In this document: positions 24,073 to 37,554 of the stretch, piece by piece
Layout: each line of letters begins with the position of its first letter
Position numbering within the stretch: the first letter of the stretch is position 1
Origin: Mobula hypostoma
Taxonomy: Eukaryota
Length of the DNA: 64,000 nt
Reading direction: 5' to 3'
Assembly: GCF_963921235.1 (NCBI RefSeq)
Contig: NC_086113.1
Coordinates: 45,570,001-45,634,000, forward strand
Made by a program: the position numbers and the translations under genes
The notes under the pieces: generated by a model
What the model was told of the DNA's origin: nothing
Databases searched by the model: none
The model's input: the letters and a program-made list of their open reading frames with translations, nothing else

Positions 24073-27028
24073 CAGGTTTCCCCCGCTATCCGAAGGTACA
24101 GTGTTCCTATAAAACGGTTCGTAAGCCGGAATGTCGTAAAGTGAATAAGCAATTACCATTTATTAATAGGGGAAAAATTTTTGAACGCTCCCAGACCCAA
24201 AAAATAACCTACAAAATCACACCAAATAACACATAAAACCTAAAATAACAGTAACATATACTAAAAGCAGGAATGATATGATAAATACACAGCCTATATA
24301 AAGTAGAAATACTTTTCTGCAGCACTGTCTAGTGCAGCGAAAATCTCGCGGAAGTGTTCTCGGCAGAAACACTCTCTCCAGTAACCTTTAAGCTATGAAG
24401 CTGCCAAATCATACCAAATAACACAAAAATAGACAGCCTATATAAAGTAGAAATAATGTATGTACAGTGTAGTTTCACTTACCAGCATCGGGAAGACTCC
24501 AATAAATTGCAGTTTCGTCACAGTTTAACACTTGCTTATACGAATAACCACCTGACGCAATCGGCAATCGCATCTGATCTGGGCTGACATTTACATGCCG
24601 GGTGTCACCTAATTAATTAGCTTGTTTATTTCGGCTTTTTTCTTAAAGAGGTGCTGGGTGCATCCCGACTACCGCTGCACCACTGCATTCTTCGTGGCCC
24701 CGTATCGGTCGGCGGCCCGGAGGTTGGGGACCACTACTTAAACTATGAAGCTGCCCTTGCCTCAGAAACCCATCAAACCACCCATGACTACCTTTAAATT
24801 CCACTTCCGCAACACTTATATCACTATCGTAACACTTCTATCACTATCGTCCAGTGCTTTCTGTTTCAGCTTATTAAAAAGACTGAGAGATTTCTCTTTA
24901 AGTATAAGAAAACTTAACAGAACACCACGCTTTGTACACCCATCAATCCACTCAAGCAATAGACTTTCCATTTTATCCATTATTGGATGCCGACTGAGAG
25001 ACCACTTTGCTACAAGCAGAACCAACAGTAACATTGGCAGCTTTCAAAATTCTTTCTCTCTGCGTATAAATAGTGTGAATGGTGAACGCAGGCAAGTTCA
25101 ACGCGCGGACAATGTCCTTACTTCATTCACCACGATTGAAACGCTTAATTATGTCTAGTTTTACGTCAAGTGTAACACCCTTACGAGCTCTTTTAGGCTT
25201 TTCCGATACCTTAGAACTCATCTTGCTAATGGATGCACAAAATAAATCGAGATAAAGCACGTGTTTAAGCAATGCCAGCTAGAATGCAGTACTGGGGGAG
25301 CAGCTTGGTTGTTCAGGCGCACGCTGCCTTTTTTCGTAACAGTGAAAACACCTTGTTTGCGAAAACAGGTACAGGTGTCCCCGGCTTTATGAAACCTCAC
25401 TGTTACAAAAAAAGGCAGCGCACACCCTGAGCAGCCACTCTCCCCTCGGATTCGGAATGGCAATCTCGCCGGCATTGCTTAAACACGTGCCTGTGAGCAG
25501 CCGTTAGCAAGATGAGTTCTAATGTATTGGAAAAGCCTGAAAGAGCTCGTAAGGGTGTTACACTTAGCGTAAAACTAGACATAGTTAAGCGTTTCGAACG
25601 TGGTGAACGAAGTAAGGACAAAGTGTGTTTGGCTTGTGGAAGCTGACGAAGATGATGTTGAAGAGGTTTTGGCATCCCGTGACCAAGAAATGATAGATGA
25701 AGAGCTGATGCAATTGGAAGAGGAAAGGATAACAATCAAAACCGAATGCAGTAGCGAATGGACCGAAAGTGAAGTTGTCCAGAACTGAACATGAAGCAAC
25801 TGCATGAGATTTTCGCTGCAATGATAAAGTACAACTTTAATTTTGAAAGGATACGTCAGTTTAGGGCATATTTGCAAGATGGTTTGAGTGCTTACAAGGA
25901 ACTGTATGATAGAAAAATGCGCGAGGCTCAGCAGTCAAGCATACTGTCGTTTTTCAAGCCTTGCACATCAGCCACAGCAGACGACCAACCTCCACCTTTG
26001 ACATCGAGGCAGGCAGTCATAGAAGATGAGCTGCCTGCCCTAATGGAAACAGACAATGATGAGATGACACCCCAGTGTCCCACCCTCAACCCCCAGGCCG
26101 CGGACAGATACCGATTCGTGGAGAATGCAGCAGTAGCCGGGAGGCACACAGCACATCTTTAAGAAAAAAGCTGAAATAAACATGCTAATTAATTAGATGC
26201 CGCCTGGCACGTAATTGTCGGCCCAGATCAGAGGCCACGCAATCAGCAATCGCCTCTGATCTGGGCCGACATTTACGTGCCGGGCAGCACCTAATTAATT
26301 AGCATGTTTATTTCGGCTTTTTTCTTAAAGGTGTGCTGTGTGCCTCCCGGCTACCGCCGCAACACTGCATGCTTCGCGGATCGGTATCGGTCAGTGGCCT
26401 GGAGGGTGGGGGCCACTGTACCACCCCAACCTCCGACGACTCAGCCTAACACACCATCATCAGTGTGCTCGCTGTCTTCCCGATTCCCGTAAGTGATACT
26501 ACACTGTACATACATTATTTCTGCTTATATCAGCTGTGTATTTTTACATGTTATTTGGTATGATTTGGCAGCTGCCCAGCTTAAAGGTTAATGGAGAGTG
26601 TTTTTGCCAACAGTGCTTGCGTGAGATTTTCTGCCGAGAGCACTTGTGCCGTGTTTTTGCCGAGCGCCCTTGCGTGAGATTTTCGCTACGGAGAACAGTG
26701 CAGGCAATGATTGTGGAAAAGTATTTCTACTTTATATAGGCTGTATATTTATCGTATCATTCCTGCTTTTACTATATGTTACTGTTATTTTAGATTTTAT
26801 GTGTTATTTGGCATGATTTGGTAGGTTATTTTTGGGTCTGCAAACGCTCACAAATTCTTCCCATATAATTAAGTGGTAATTGCTTCTATGCTTTACGACA
26901 TTCCGGCTTACGAACCGCTTCATAGGAACACTCTACCTTCAGATGGCGGGGGAAATCTGTAACTAATGTAGGTCTTTCATAACAGCGAGGTGTCGTAAAG
27001 CGAACATTCGGAAAACGGGGGCCACCTG
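24073..27028 (-). mobile_element. Tigger-family element (outer copy) retaining CENP-B-type HTH remnant
   Basis: TA flanks at 24071-72 and 27029-30, same TIRs as the 4672 copy; ORF 24816..25034 MESLLLEWID..ILKEK followed by FKGSHGWF. Confidence 0.88.
25372..26959 (+). mobile_element. Tigger-family element (inner copy, opposite orientation)
   Basis: TA-CAGGTGTCC start, GGAAATCTG-TA end; colinear with 4672-6252. Confidence 0.9.
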
Positions 27029-27753
27029 TACAAGAAAAGCAATTTGCTTTAATTACGTAAGGCTCTCCGTAGATACTTAGAAGACCATGTATGTGGATCT
27101 TGTCTCTCTATCTAAAGAAGGGTGTATTTGCAATAGAAGAAATACAACAAAGATTCACCAAATTAGGTGGCAGGTTGGTCATACGAATAGATGATAAGTG
27201 GATGCAAAGTTTGACAGAATGAGAAGCAATCACACTGCTGTCTACAAACACAGAGCCACAGCGCAGATGCCAGCTGATGTTTCTCCTAAAGAGATATCTA
27301 GAATCAAGGATCACTGGTTCAAATTAATAGGGTCAACAATTCTGAACAGCATTAAGAGGAAATTTCTTCACCATAAAAAAGCAATATCTTTGAAGTTTTG
27401 TACCCAAGAGTCATTTAAACTCATTATATGCAAGACAAGTACCAATAGATTTTTAGACATTAAGCAAACTGAGAAATACATGTAATGCTAACAACTGGCA
27501 CTAGGGCAAAATGTCACCTGTGATTTTATTGAAGGACGCAAGATTGCAAATGGCCTACACTTGCTTCCATTCCTTAGCCAACAATCAAGATACATTTAAG
27601 TCCTTAGAAGGCTGCTAATATTGAATGAATTTCAGCAAGCATAGGTTGCATCGAGGAAGTGAATAAAAATTAGTAAGCCAAGTGCGGATCCTGCGCTTGT
27701 AGTGACCAATTGTAATTTAATTTTGAGCATTTGGTAACCATATCACTGACTTA

Positions 27754-27894
<141 letters not shown>

Positions 27895-28140
27895 TCAAAT
27901 CAGCATATTAAAAGGAAGAAGGTAGAAGGAGGTAGATGCGTTCCAAGTTCATTGAGTAGCTGAAATTCTGGAGTGCTTTACAATGAATTCCACAAGTACA
28001 CCACCCTCTTGGTGAAGCTACTTCTCATCACAGACCGAAATAATTTGGCACAACCTAAGGAGGGGAAAGATCATTTCCGCATCTGGTCAGCCTAGCTTTG
28101 TCAAACTTCACGAAATTACGTTCTCTCTCAATCTGCTACG

Positions 28141-28352
28141 CAGGGGTCCCCAAACTTTTTTGCACCGCGGGCTGGTTTAATATTGACGATATTCTTGCGG
28201 ACCAGCCGATAGCCGGGGGTGGAGGGGTGGGTGTGTGCGTGTGTTTGTTCAACAGTGCGTGACAAGGAATGAGGAAAGGTGCAGATGACTCATATCGTTT
28301 CATATCACCAAATCATATTGTTTCCTCGCCGCCCGGTGGTTGGGGACCACTG
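28141..28352. mobile_element. hAT/Charlie MITE
   Basis: CAGGGGTCCCCAA...TTGGGGACCACTG termini; near-TSD TGCTACG(C)/TTCTACGC. Confidence 0.75.
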
Positions 28353-28659
28353 TTCTACGCTGTAGTGAATACAAGCCTGGTCAACATAATCTTTCATATG
28401 CCATCCCTGTTATCCCAAGAACCAGCACATATAAACTTCTTTTTAAAAAACAAAATGAAACCAAAATTGCCTAATATTCTACGTGTGGCTTCAGCAAAAT
28501 ACCTTTATTCCTATATTCAAACCCTAGTGCAAAGATGGTGAATGTTCCACTTCCCTTAACACACTGCTGTGACTTAGCACTTGCTTTTAATGAATGGTGT
28601 ACAAGGGCACTGGAGTATATTTGTACATGAGAAATTCTCAATCTAACAACTTATTTTTC

Positions 28660-29680
28660 ATAGAAACATAGAAAACCTACAGCACTATACAGGCCCTTCA
28701 GCTCACAAAGCTGTGCCGAACATATCCTTATCTTAGAACTACCTAGGTTTACCCATAGCCCTCTATTTTTCTAAGCTCCATGTAGCCATCCAGGAGTCTC
28801 TTAAAAGACCCTATCGTTTCCACCTCCACCACTGCCGCCAGCAGCCCATTCCATGCACTCACCACTCTCTGCATAAAACACTTACCCCTGACATCTCCTC
28901 TGTACCTACTTCCAAGCACTTTAAAAATATGCGCTCTCGTGCTAGCCATTTCAGCCCTGGGAAAAAGCCTCTGACTAACCACACAATCAATGCTTCTCAT
29001 TATCTTGTACACTTCTATCAGGTCACCTCTCAACCTCCGTCGCTCCAAGGAGAAAAGGCCGAGTTCACTCAACCTATTCTCATAAGGCATGCTCCCCAAT
29101 CCAGACAACATCCTTGTGAATCTACTCTGTACCTTTTCTATGGTTTTCACGTCCTTCCTGTAGTGAGGCGACCAGAATTGAGCACAATACTCCAAGTGGG
29201 GTCTGACCAGGGTCCTATATTACCTCTGCAACATTACCTCTCGGCCCTTAAACTCAATCCCACGATTGATGAAGGCCAATGTACCTTGTGCCTTCTTAAC
29301 CACAGAGTCAACCTGCATAGCAGCTTTGAGTTTCCTATGGACTCGGACCCCAAGTTCCCTCTGATCCTCCGCACTGCCAAGAGTCTTGCCATTAATGCTA
29401 TATTCTGCCATCATATTTGATCTAACAAAATGAACCACCTCACATTTATCTGGGTTGAACTCCATCTGCCACTTCTCAGCCCAGTTTTGTTTCCTATCAA
29501 TGTCCCGCTGTAACCTCTGACAGCCCTCTACACTATCCACAACACCCCCAACCTCTGTGTCATCAGCAAACTTACTAACCCATACCCCCACTTCCTCATC
29601 CAGGTCATTTATAAAAATCACGAAGAGTAGGGGTCCCAGGACAGATCCGAGGCACACCACTGGTCACTGGCCTCCATGCA
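28660..29680 (-). mobile_element. CR1 LINE 3' fragment
   Basis: GSVLGPLLFVIFINDLD, KFADDTE, EYCAQFWSPHY. Confidence 0.92.
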
Positions 29681-30701
29681 TCCAAAGTGAATTTATCCAT
29701 ATTTACTGCATATCCTTGTATTCAGCCACTCACTTGATCTACCCGAATCATGCTGATGCCTCTCTGTATTCACAGTTTATAACCCACTCAGTGGAGTGTA
29801 ATTGGCAATTTTTAAGATATTATATTTGAATACCTAACCAAATTACTGATATCCCCGAAATAGTTGGGCTGCACTGTTCCCTGATACTGCCTGGCTTTTT
29901 GAAAAAAAACCATTCATTCACACTATCTTCTTTATCAACCAAACTTCCATCCATGGCAATATATAACCCTCAATACAATGTACTTTAATTTTGCATGTTA
30001 AATTCTGAGAGATTTTATCAAGTTTTCTGAAGTTTCAAGTTGCAATTTGTATACGACAAACAGCATTATACCTTCATCTACAACCAAAAGAGAAGAAAGA
30101 TGAGTAACTGGTGTCCTTTCTCACTGCTGGATGTTTTTGCTCTCTGAATGCCTTTGAGGATAAACAACTGCTTCTCCAAAAGACACTAGAGAATCTGAAG
30201 AACTTCTTCAACCTCTGTAACGCCTTTAAAATTTTCTCAATGTGTTCTAGAATCTAGTTCCATACAATCTGGTCCCAGATAGTCCATCTGCAGAGTTAAT
30301 AAAAGCACCACACAGCTTTGTATATTTTACTGTTTCAATCAGCAGTGACGATGCAGTGTCCAACTTGTTACCTCTGCTGCCCAACTGCATTAAGTCATCA
30401 ACTAGAATTAAGTGGCTGGGATACCGTAGAATTGGGAACATCCAAGGCCAGGGTAAGCAATGAGTTGTAACCAATTACCTCATTCCCCTTATTATTCACA
30501 TTTCCTTAACTCAACATTTACCGGCGTTGATCAATGTCACAGAATGCAGTATACGTCAGTGATATTGGAATGAACAGTCAACAGTCAGACAGAACTTTTC
30601 TGATTTAAAAAAACGGAAATATCAGAAACCAAGAAATCCAAAATTCCTTTCCTAGAACCTATCAAGAGGAAAAAAAATTTCATGTTAATTTGTGTCACCT
30701 A

Positions 30702-30863
<162 letters not shown>

Positions 30864-32221
30864 TCAGAATTGCAAACAGATGAATAGAATATATTCACAC
30901 ACACACATGCAGATCTTCACATTTCACTAGAACAAATCAATGTGCATTTAGCACTACTCATGCTCTCTGTACACCTCAGTGGATTAATTCTGTATTCTAG
31001 TCCCTCACCACGACTCAATCTCAAATTTTGGAACATTAAGGGAACACAGGAATATGGGGCTAGAATGTGAAAATGATAATAAGGTAAGTGAAGCTGGTGC
31101 GTGCAGCAGAATTCCCACCTATACTCATACTTTAATTTGAGGAAAACCACAGTTAATGATGTGCAGTACGTTATCTCAAATAACAGTTTGAGCATAACAC
31201 AATGACGTGTGCCTGAACATCTTATAAAGACGGCTATGTCTGACAGTGGCATTCAGAAAAATAGCAGCTAGTTTGCACATATCAAATAAGGTACTATGCA
31301 GTTTTGTGTTCTAACTTGAGCAATTAACATACTATGGAATGTTTATCACTAAATTCTGATTTAGAATTTCGTATGAAAAAATAGCATCAGTATATCACTC
31401 TATTCAATTTGTCAAGTAACAAGAGCGTTTTCTCCCTACATTAATCGCTTTTTCATATATTAGTTATTTCCAATTTACTAATTCCTTTGAGAAACCTTGG
31501 TTCTGCAGGTTATGGATATTAATAGGTAAACATATACAAGGCTTTGAGCTTTCTTGTACCTCATTAAATGATACTCATATTAACAATATGTGAACCAGTG
31601 TGCATCTTCCAGAAAGATTCAAGAAGACATCTGTACTTTTAATTCATTAGGGTTCTGTAAGTAATCATAGTAGAGGCAAGCCACGTTGGGGAGTGGAAGG
31701 GTTGAGTTCCTAGCAATCTATCCACATCAGGACTTAATGCCATGTCATCAGCTCATGTGTCAAGAAACGCAAGTTGAGAAAAAATGTTGTATTTACTTTT
31801 CTTCCCTCCCACATAAATTACAAGAACAATTTTATTCTGCAACTGAAGTTTTTCTGTAGTACTTTGAATTCTGCAAGGGCAAATTTATGTAAACAAAACG
31901 GGTGTAAGGTGGAGAGGGGATTACCCAAGATCCTCTTTTCCGATATCAAAGTAACAAATCATCTCATGTTCCAGACCAATTGTCATTCCATCAACTACAC
32001 ATGAAAAATCAAGATACAACTATTGGCAACATGGAAGCACTTTTTACTGCAGTGGTTCAAGGCAGTGTTCCAGCTATTTTATCTCAAGTACAATAATCAC
32101 TTGCCTCATTAACAATACCCATTTCCTATTTTGAGATACAGCCATTTTTTTCCCAGTTAAGTACCTAACAAAAATAGGAAAACAGAGTTCAATTACATGG
32201 CCGTAATATTATTGTGCATAC

Positions 32222-32298
32222 CTTTAATTCCAACTGCTGGAGCTCCTGCGGCTACAGCTGCCAAAGCATACTCAATCTGGACAAGTTTCCCTGAAGGA
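32222..32298 (-). CDS. PSMA2: PSMA2 exon 2 ([25 protein letters not shown])
   Basis: 77 nt, AG/GT flanks, proteasome alpha signature, phase-compatible with exons 1 and 3. Confidence 0.98.
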
Positions 32299-33897
32299 CT
32301 GAAAGATACAAAAATTAATTAGCATAACTGTGTGATATTAATAATTTCTAACTTTCCTTTGCAAAGTACACTGATAATTTGGGGTGTTTGGGACTTTGGT
32401 GGTGCCAGTCTCTTTAGATTTTGTGGACCAATTGTATATTATTTATTAATACCACAACATCATTTTTCTTTGATGTTACGATAAAGCTTCCAGTGAATCC
32501 ACTGAGCAGGAAGGAAGCATAGGATCTGTGGCCCCAGTGAGCGTAAAAGGAGCATGGGAAACATCTGATGAGATAAACTCTGAATCTCAGGATCTCTGAT
32601 GAACTCAGATTTACTGCAAGTAACTTTTTAAACCTAACAGTTATTCATGAGTAGGTTTCAAATCTAGAATATTTCCCCCCACAAGCATTCCAAGATTATT
32701 ACATTTCAAAGCACAAAACAATTGTGATGCTCACTAATTGATGTTTAATTATAATTTTCAGTACATACCAGGAATGTGACCTGGTAAAAACACACAATGA
32801 ATCAATAAAATTGATTTAGCTTTCAGTTAAAGTTTTTTTCTTGGTGGGGGCTCATCCAAAGCATTAGCTTCCAGCTCTAGCATTGAAAACAGAACTTCCA
32901 AGTTTCTTCCTAGCAGCAGTGAAAACTGATGGCAAAGGCCTGAAAAGCATAACCAGGTAAAGTAAGGGACGAAGAACAAAGATTATTCTTCAATTCAAAA
33001 AGAAACGGAGAAGGATTTTTCTTTGTATTCACACTATTAATTGAACTGACTGAGGTTCGTAGGTCTGAAGTTATAAAGGGATGGCAACTTTCCTTGCCTA
33101 AACGATATTAGTAACCAGAATCGTTTCATCCCCGCTACTTTTATGTCTACTTGTTTATTTCTACTTTTCAATACTGAACTAATTGTTGGCAGTGTTTCCA
33201 GCAACTGTATTACGCCCTCATAGCCTATACAAAATAGTCACGGGCAGAGGGAAAGCAAACCCTAAAGAATTTCCAAATATTTCAAAAGCTGGTTAAAACG
33301 CACACAAATCGGACATCTGATTTTTCTTTGAATTTACTGTTCCAATCCCAATACTTCCCGTAGTCCGCCCACTCCAATCTTTTTAACGAAAGCGAAACTA
33401 AGTCGCTCAAGACGCATTCGGGGTAAAACAGGGGCGAAGAACGCAGTAGGTCAGCAACAAACAATCTGCTGGAGGAACTCAGGGGGTCGAGAGCAATCGG
33501 GAGGGGAGGGGAGGGGAGGGGGTGGTGGGAAATCCTTTCGAAAGATTGCATCAGGACCAATTCCTTACTAACTACCCACCTACCCCCACCAGCCCTCCCT
33601 CGCTCCGTTGATGCTACTCAGCCAACTGAGGTCTCTCCAACAGATGGTTTGTTGCTCCAAATCCCAGCACTCATGGTCTCTTGTCTCTCCCTCTCTCTGC
33701 AATGAACTGACAGCCCGATTAGGCCCTGGGTGCCCGGTGTCAGCGGAGAACAGCACCAGTGACACTGCACTTTGTAATATCGAAGCTCTAGTCTTATCGA
33801 TGAGGGAGATGCAGACGGCGTAACAGGTGCAACAGCTGTGCCAGCACCAGGGTCCCATCTAACCGTAGAAAGGCTGAGGGGTTGAAGCCTCACTTAC

Positions 33898-33938
33898 CTG
33901 AACGTGGTGAGGGAAAAACTGTACCCGCGATCCGCCAT
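33898..33938 (-). CDS. PSMA2: Proteasome subunit alpha type-2, coding exon 1 (MADRGYSFSLTTFS)
   Basis: Reverse complement reads AAG ATG GCG GAT CGC GGG TAC AGT TTT TCC CTC ACC ACG TTC AG|GTAAGT; 41 nt; canonical alpha-2 N-terminus. Confidence 0.98.
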
Positions 33939-34206
33939 CTTTCCGCCGCTCGCCCTCTGGAACGATGGGAGCACTTGATTACGTCACTCGTTTACGATGG
34001 CTTTCCTTGAGGCCACTGGCAAATGGAACTACAACTGTTGGTCTAGGCGGCGGTAGAAACAGGGGAATGGATGCGTGGAAGGAACGCTGGGAGTTGTAGT
34101 TTAAGAGGAAACTCCGCCGGTGAACTCACACGTGACTAGAACGCTATCCAATCCAATCGGCGGCTTCTGCGGCGGTGGCGCGTGCGCGGTGCACCATCTC
34201 CCCGTA
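33932..34206. promoter_or_regulatory. Bidirectional PSMA2/MRPL32 CpG promoter
   Basis: YY1 CCGCCATCTT 33932-33941, CRE-like TTACGTCA 33979-33986, ACTACAA 34028-34034, ZNF143-type ACTACAACTCCCAGC (minus) 34086-34100, E-box CACGTGAC 34129-34136, tandem CCAAT 34148-34157. Confidence 0.9.
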
Positions 34207-34291
34207 ATGGCGCTGCTGCAGCGGTTGGCCTATTCGTGGACGGCACTGGAGAGTGTTCTGCTGCAGGCGTTCGGGCTTCAGCAGCGACTAG
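34207..34291 (+). CDS. MRPL32: Mitochondrial ribosomal protein bL32m exon 1 (presequence MALLQRLAYSWTALESVLLQAFGLQQRL)
   Basis: gtaATGG Kozak context, 85 nt to G|GTGAG donor; phase 1 matches exon 2; head-to-head with PSMA2 as in mammals. Confidence 0.85.
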
Positions 34292-34779
34292 GTGAGGGAC
34301 CGAGTATGGTTTAGAGGTGGAGGTAATGGTATAGAGGGGAAATGTAGGTCTACTATTCCCATCTGTTTGATTCTAGTTAGTGTTGTATTTCAGATGTCAT
34401 ACCACATCGACTGCGTCCTCTCAGGGTGGAGGATAACTTGCTTCCTCTCTGGCGTGTGGATTCTCGAGCGGTTGGAGCCACAAGCCGTTCTACAAGTGGA
34501 ACAGCTGATGGTTAGTTTGAGGTTCATCCATCTGGTCGGCACCTCTTGTGATCTCGATGTTTTCAGTGCCATCCCAAAACCTCCTTTCAATGGTTGTGAC
34601 CTGAGAGCTCCAGGAAGCTGTAATGCTGCTTTTCTGTAAGGAAGCATTGAGCACAATCTTGTATTCTTGCATTGAGCACATGTTTGATTCCTGACGTCTG
34701 TTGCAGATAATCCTGTAGCACTTAAGAGTGTTAGGATCGCTGCCTGACCCTGAGTCTGAAGACTTGATCTTCAACTATT

Positions 34780-35600
34780 CTATTCATGTAATGTGAGCAC
34801 GTAACTGACATCTGACCTGGAGCCACAACTCCCAACTCATCAGTCAAGAAGGCACAGCAGCATTTACACTTTCTGAGGAGGTTGAGGAATGGAGGCTCCC
34901 TGCCTCCATTCCAACTGCTTTCCACAGAAGCACCATCAAGAGTATCCTTTCTGGCTGCATCAGTGTATGGTACGGAAGCTGCAAGGCATCGGACCCTACA
35001 GAGGACAGTAAAAAACTGCCGAGCGGCTCACTGGGGTCTCCTTCCCCAGTTTGTGAGATTTATTAGGAGTGTTTTAGACAAAGAGCCTGAAACTTTGCTG
35101 TGGATCCCTACCACACATCCCACAAGCACATGAGATTCTGCAGATGCTGGCAATCCAGAACAACACATACAAAATGCTAGAGGAACTCAGCAGCTCCGGC
35201 AGCATCTATGGAAATGAATAAGCAGTCGACGTTTCAGTCTGAGATCCTTCTTCATTACTGGAAAGGAAGGGGGGGAGGCACCAGAATAAAAAGAAGAGGG
35301 TGGAGATGGAAGATCCCACAATTTCTTTGACCCAGTTCCATCAGGAAGGAGGTACAGGAGCATCAGGACTAGGATTGCCAGACTGGCTAACAGCTTCTTC
35401 CCTCAGACTGTGAGACTAATGAATACCCTGCCACCACCGAGTTCACATCACTGGGACAGTGAGCTGTTTACTGTACATTTTACTGTTTACCTGTGCTGTG
35501 CACTACATGCATTTTCAATTATATTTTTTAAACTTGTATGTGGTGTGTGTGTGACGTATGTTTTGTGGGTGCACCATGGTTGGGAGAAACGTTATTTCAT
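34780..35600 (+). mobile_element. Degenerate Rex1 3' fragment containing a Penelope terminal insert (35126-35312)
   Basis: KKAQQHLHFLRRLR remnant; insert flanked by 9-bp TSD ATCCCACAA. Confidence 0.75.
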
Positions 35601-37554
35601 CTGGTTGACAAGTAATTTGGAGTCATCAATTAATGAAAGGCCACAATGGGACATTCCATTCTTTTATTGAAAGGAGTCTGGCAAGATATAGAAAATGGGT
35701 TTTTTGCATGGTTTCATCATGGAATTTTATTATCGAATGGTCGTGTGGTATGATTTTGCAGCTTGACAGCTGAGGTTTGGGTAACATTGATTTGAGAGTG
35801 CTGTCACTGTAACTGTTCAATTGAGCAGTTTCCCATTAATTCTGAAGAGTGGCTCCATTCCTATTTAGTTTCTTTGGAAGAGAGATGTAAGGTTGTGACA
35901 ACAAAGGGTGATAAAGCTATTGGGACAATTGACACAGCCAAGTTTGACAATGGTCTTCACTGAAATTGGTTCTATTGCAAACACTTTGGTTAGTACCATG
36001 GTTTGCACATGTAAGATAGAGCCAAATGTTTGAGGATAACAAAATTTGAGAATGTTCGACACTACCTCTCAAATGATGGAGCCAAAGCTTTGGTAAGGTC
36101 AATAAAGCTTTGTATAATGGCTGGTGCCATTCCTTACGTTCTTGATTAAATTCCCATGCCGTCCTTTGCATGACTGATAGACAGTGTCAACATTATGAAT
36201 CTAGAAGCAGCTCTTCAGCTGTTGGGAAGAGTGAGAGTCTGTGCCTTTCCCAGTGGAGGGCAGTAGGAAAACCAGTCTGTAGTTACTGCAGTCAACAACA
36301 TCTTGACAGATAGTCATAATCACTGCATCTCCGAGGACTCCTAGAATGACCTGCTCTTTCCATATATTGGCAATAAGGCTGTGAACTTGTGATTGAAACT
36401 CTTCACTGCTAAGCTTCAGGATTTCAGCAGGAATATAGTCTTGCTATATTTGAACTAAAATTTGGTCTTTCAAGCGTAAAGGGCAGGCTGCTATTACGAT
36501 TTGTTATGACTGGCCCAGATAATTCGTCCCCATTCCCAACCCTCCCTTCTGCAGTTCCTACCACGGTAGCGTAGTGGTTATCACAAAACCTTACAATACC
36601 TGTGACTTGGGTTCAATTCCCGCCACTGCCTGTAAGGGGTTCGTACATTCTCCCCGTGACTGCGTTTCCTATGATTAATTGGTCATTGTAAATTGTCCCA
36701 TGATTAGGGAAGGGTTAAATCGGGGGGATTGCTGGGTGGCGTTGCATAAAGTGCTGAAGTGTGTGAGAGGAACTGTGTTTAAGAATAATCCCTGCAGAGC
36801 CCAGCAGGAGTATTCCAAAGACCAAAATATTTGCAACCACCTGTTGGTCCTGAGTGGATGATCCATCTATCTCTTCCTGACCACTTTGGCATTATAAAAG
36901 CCAACGGTTAGCCATTTTTATCCCATGAATTCATGTGATATCAAGATGGCATTGAGTAGCCTGGTAGTGCATAAGGTGTTACAGAGCGAGAGATAAGGGT
37001 TCAGTTCCTGCCACTCTCTTGAGAGGAGTTTGCACAGTCTCCTCGTGACTGTGTGGATTTCCCTTGGGTGCTCCAGTATCCTACGTTCCAAAAAGATGTA
37101 CTGGTTAGTAAGATGTGGCTGTGCTGTGATGGTGCCAGAAGCAAGCTAACCCTTGAGGGCTGTCCCAGCATATCCTTGAATTCTGTTGGTCATTGTCACT
37201 CTGTTTTGATGTACACATGACACATCAAGCAAGTCTTCAATGCCGAACTGCAAGACCAGAGAAATCTCAGCTGTAGAACACGCTGTGGTACTGTACTAGA
37301 ACTGCAGGACCAGTGTCTACTTGGCAGTATGTAAAGCAAGAAAAATCTGATCCAGCAGATTACACCAGAGAGGAAATTTTTTCAAAAGAGTTACCTCCTC
37401 AGAATTTTTTTTTTTTGTTTATGATAGCTGAACACAAATATGTAATTTCAGAATACTTGTATCATGTAGGAATTTGGAGAAACAAGAAATTAACTTTTAT
37501 CGAATGCAATGAGTTCAATTGCATAACGGTGCTGACGCTTTCCAATAGTTCAAC

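Noticed and set aside
34120-34206. Upstream in-frame extension of MRPL32 (ORF 34120..34314)
   Set aside because: Starts at GTG inside promoter motifs; the ATG at 34207 has a strong Kozak context and gives a normal-length protein
36560-36630. tRNA-like A/B boxes (TAGCGTAGTGG...GGTTCAATTCC)
   Set aside because: Head of a tRNA-derived V-SINE followed by the SINE body; no full cloverleaf
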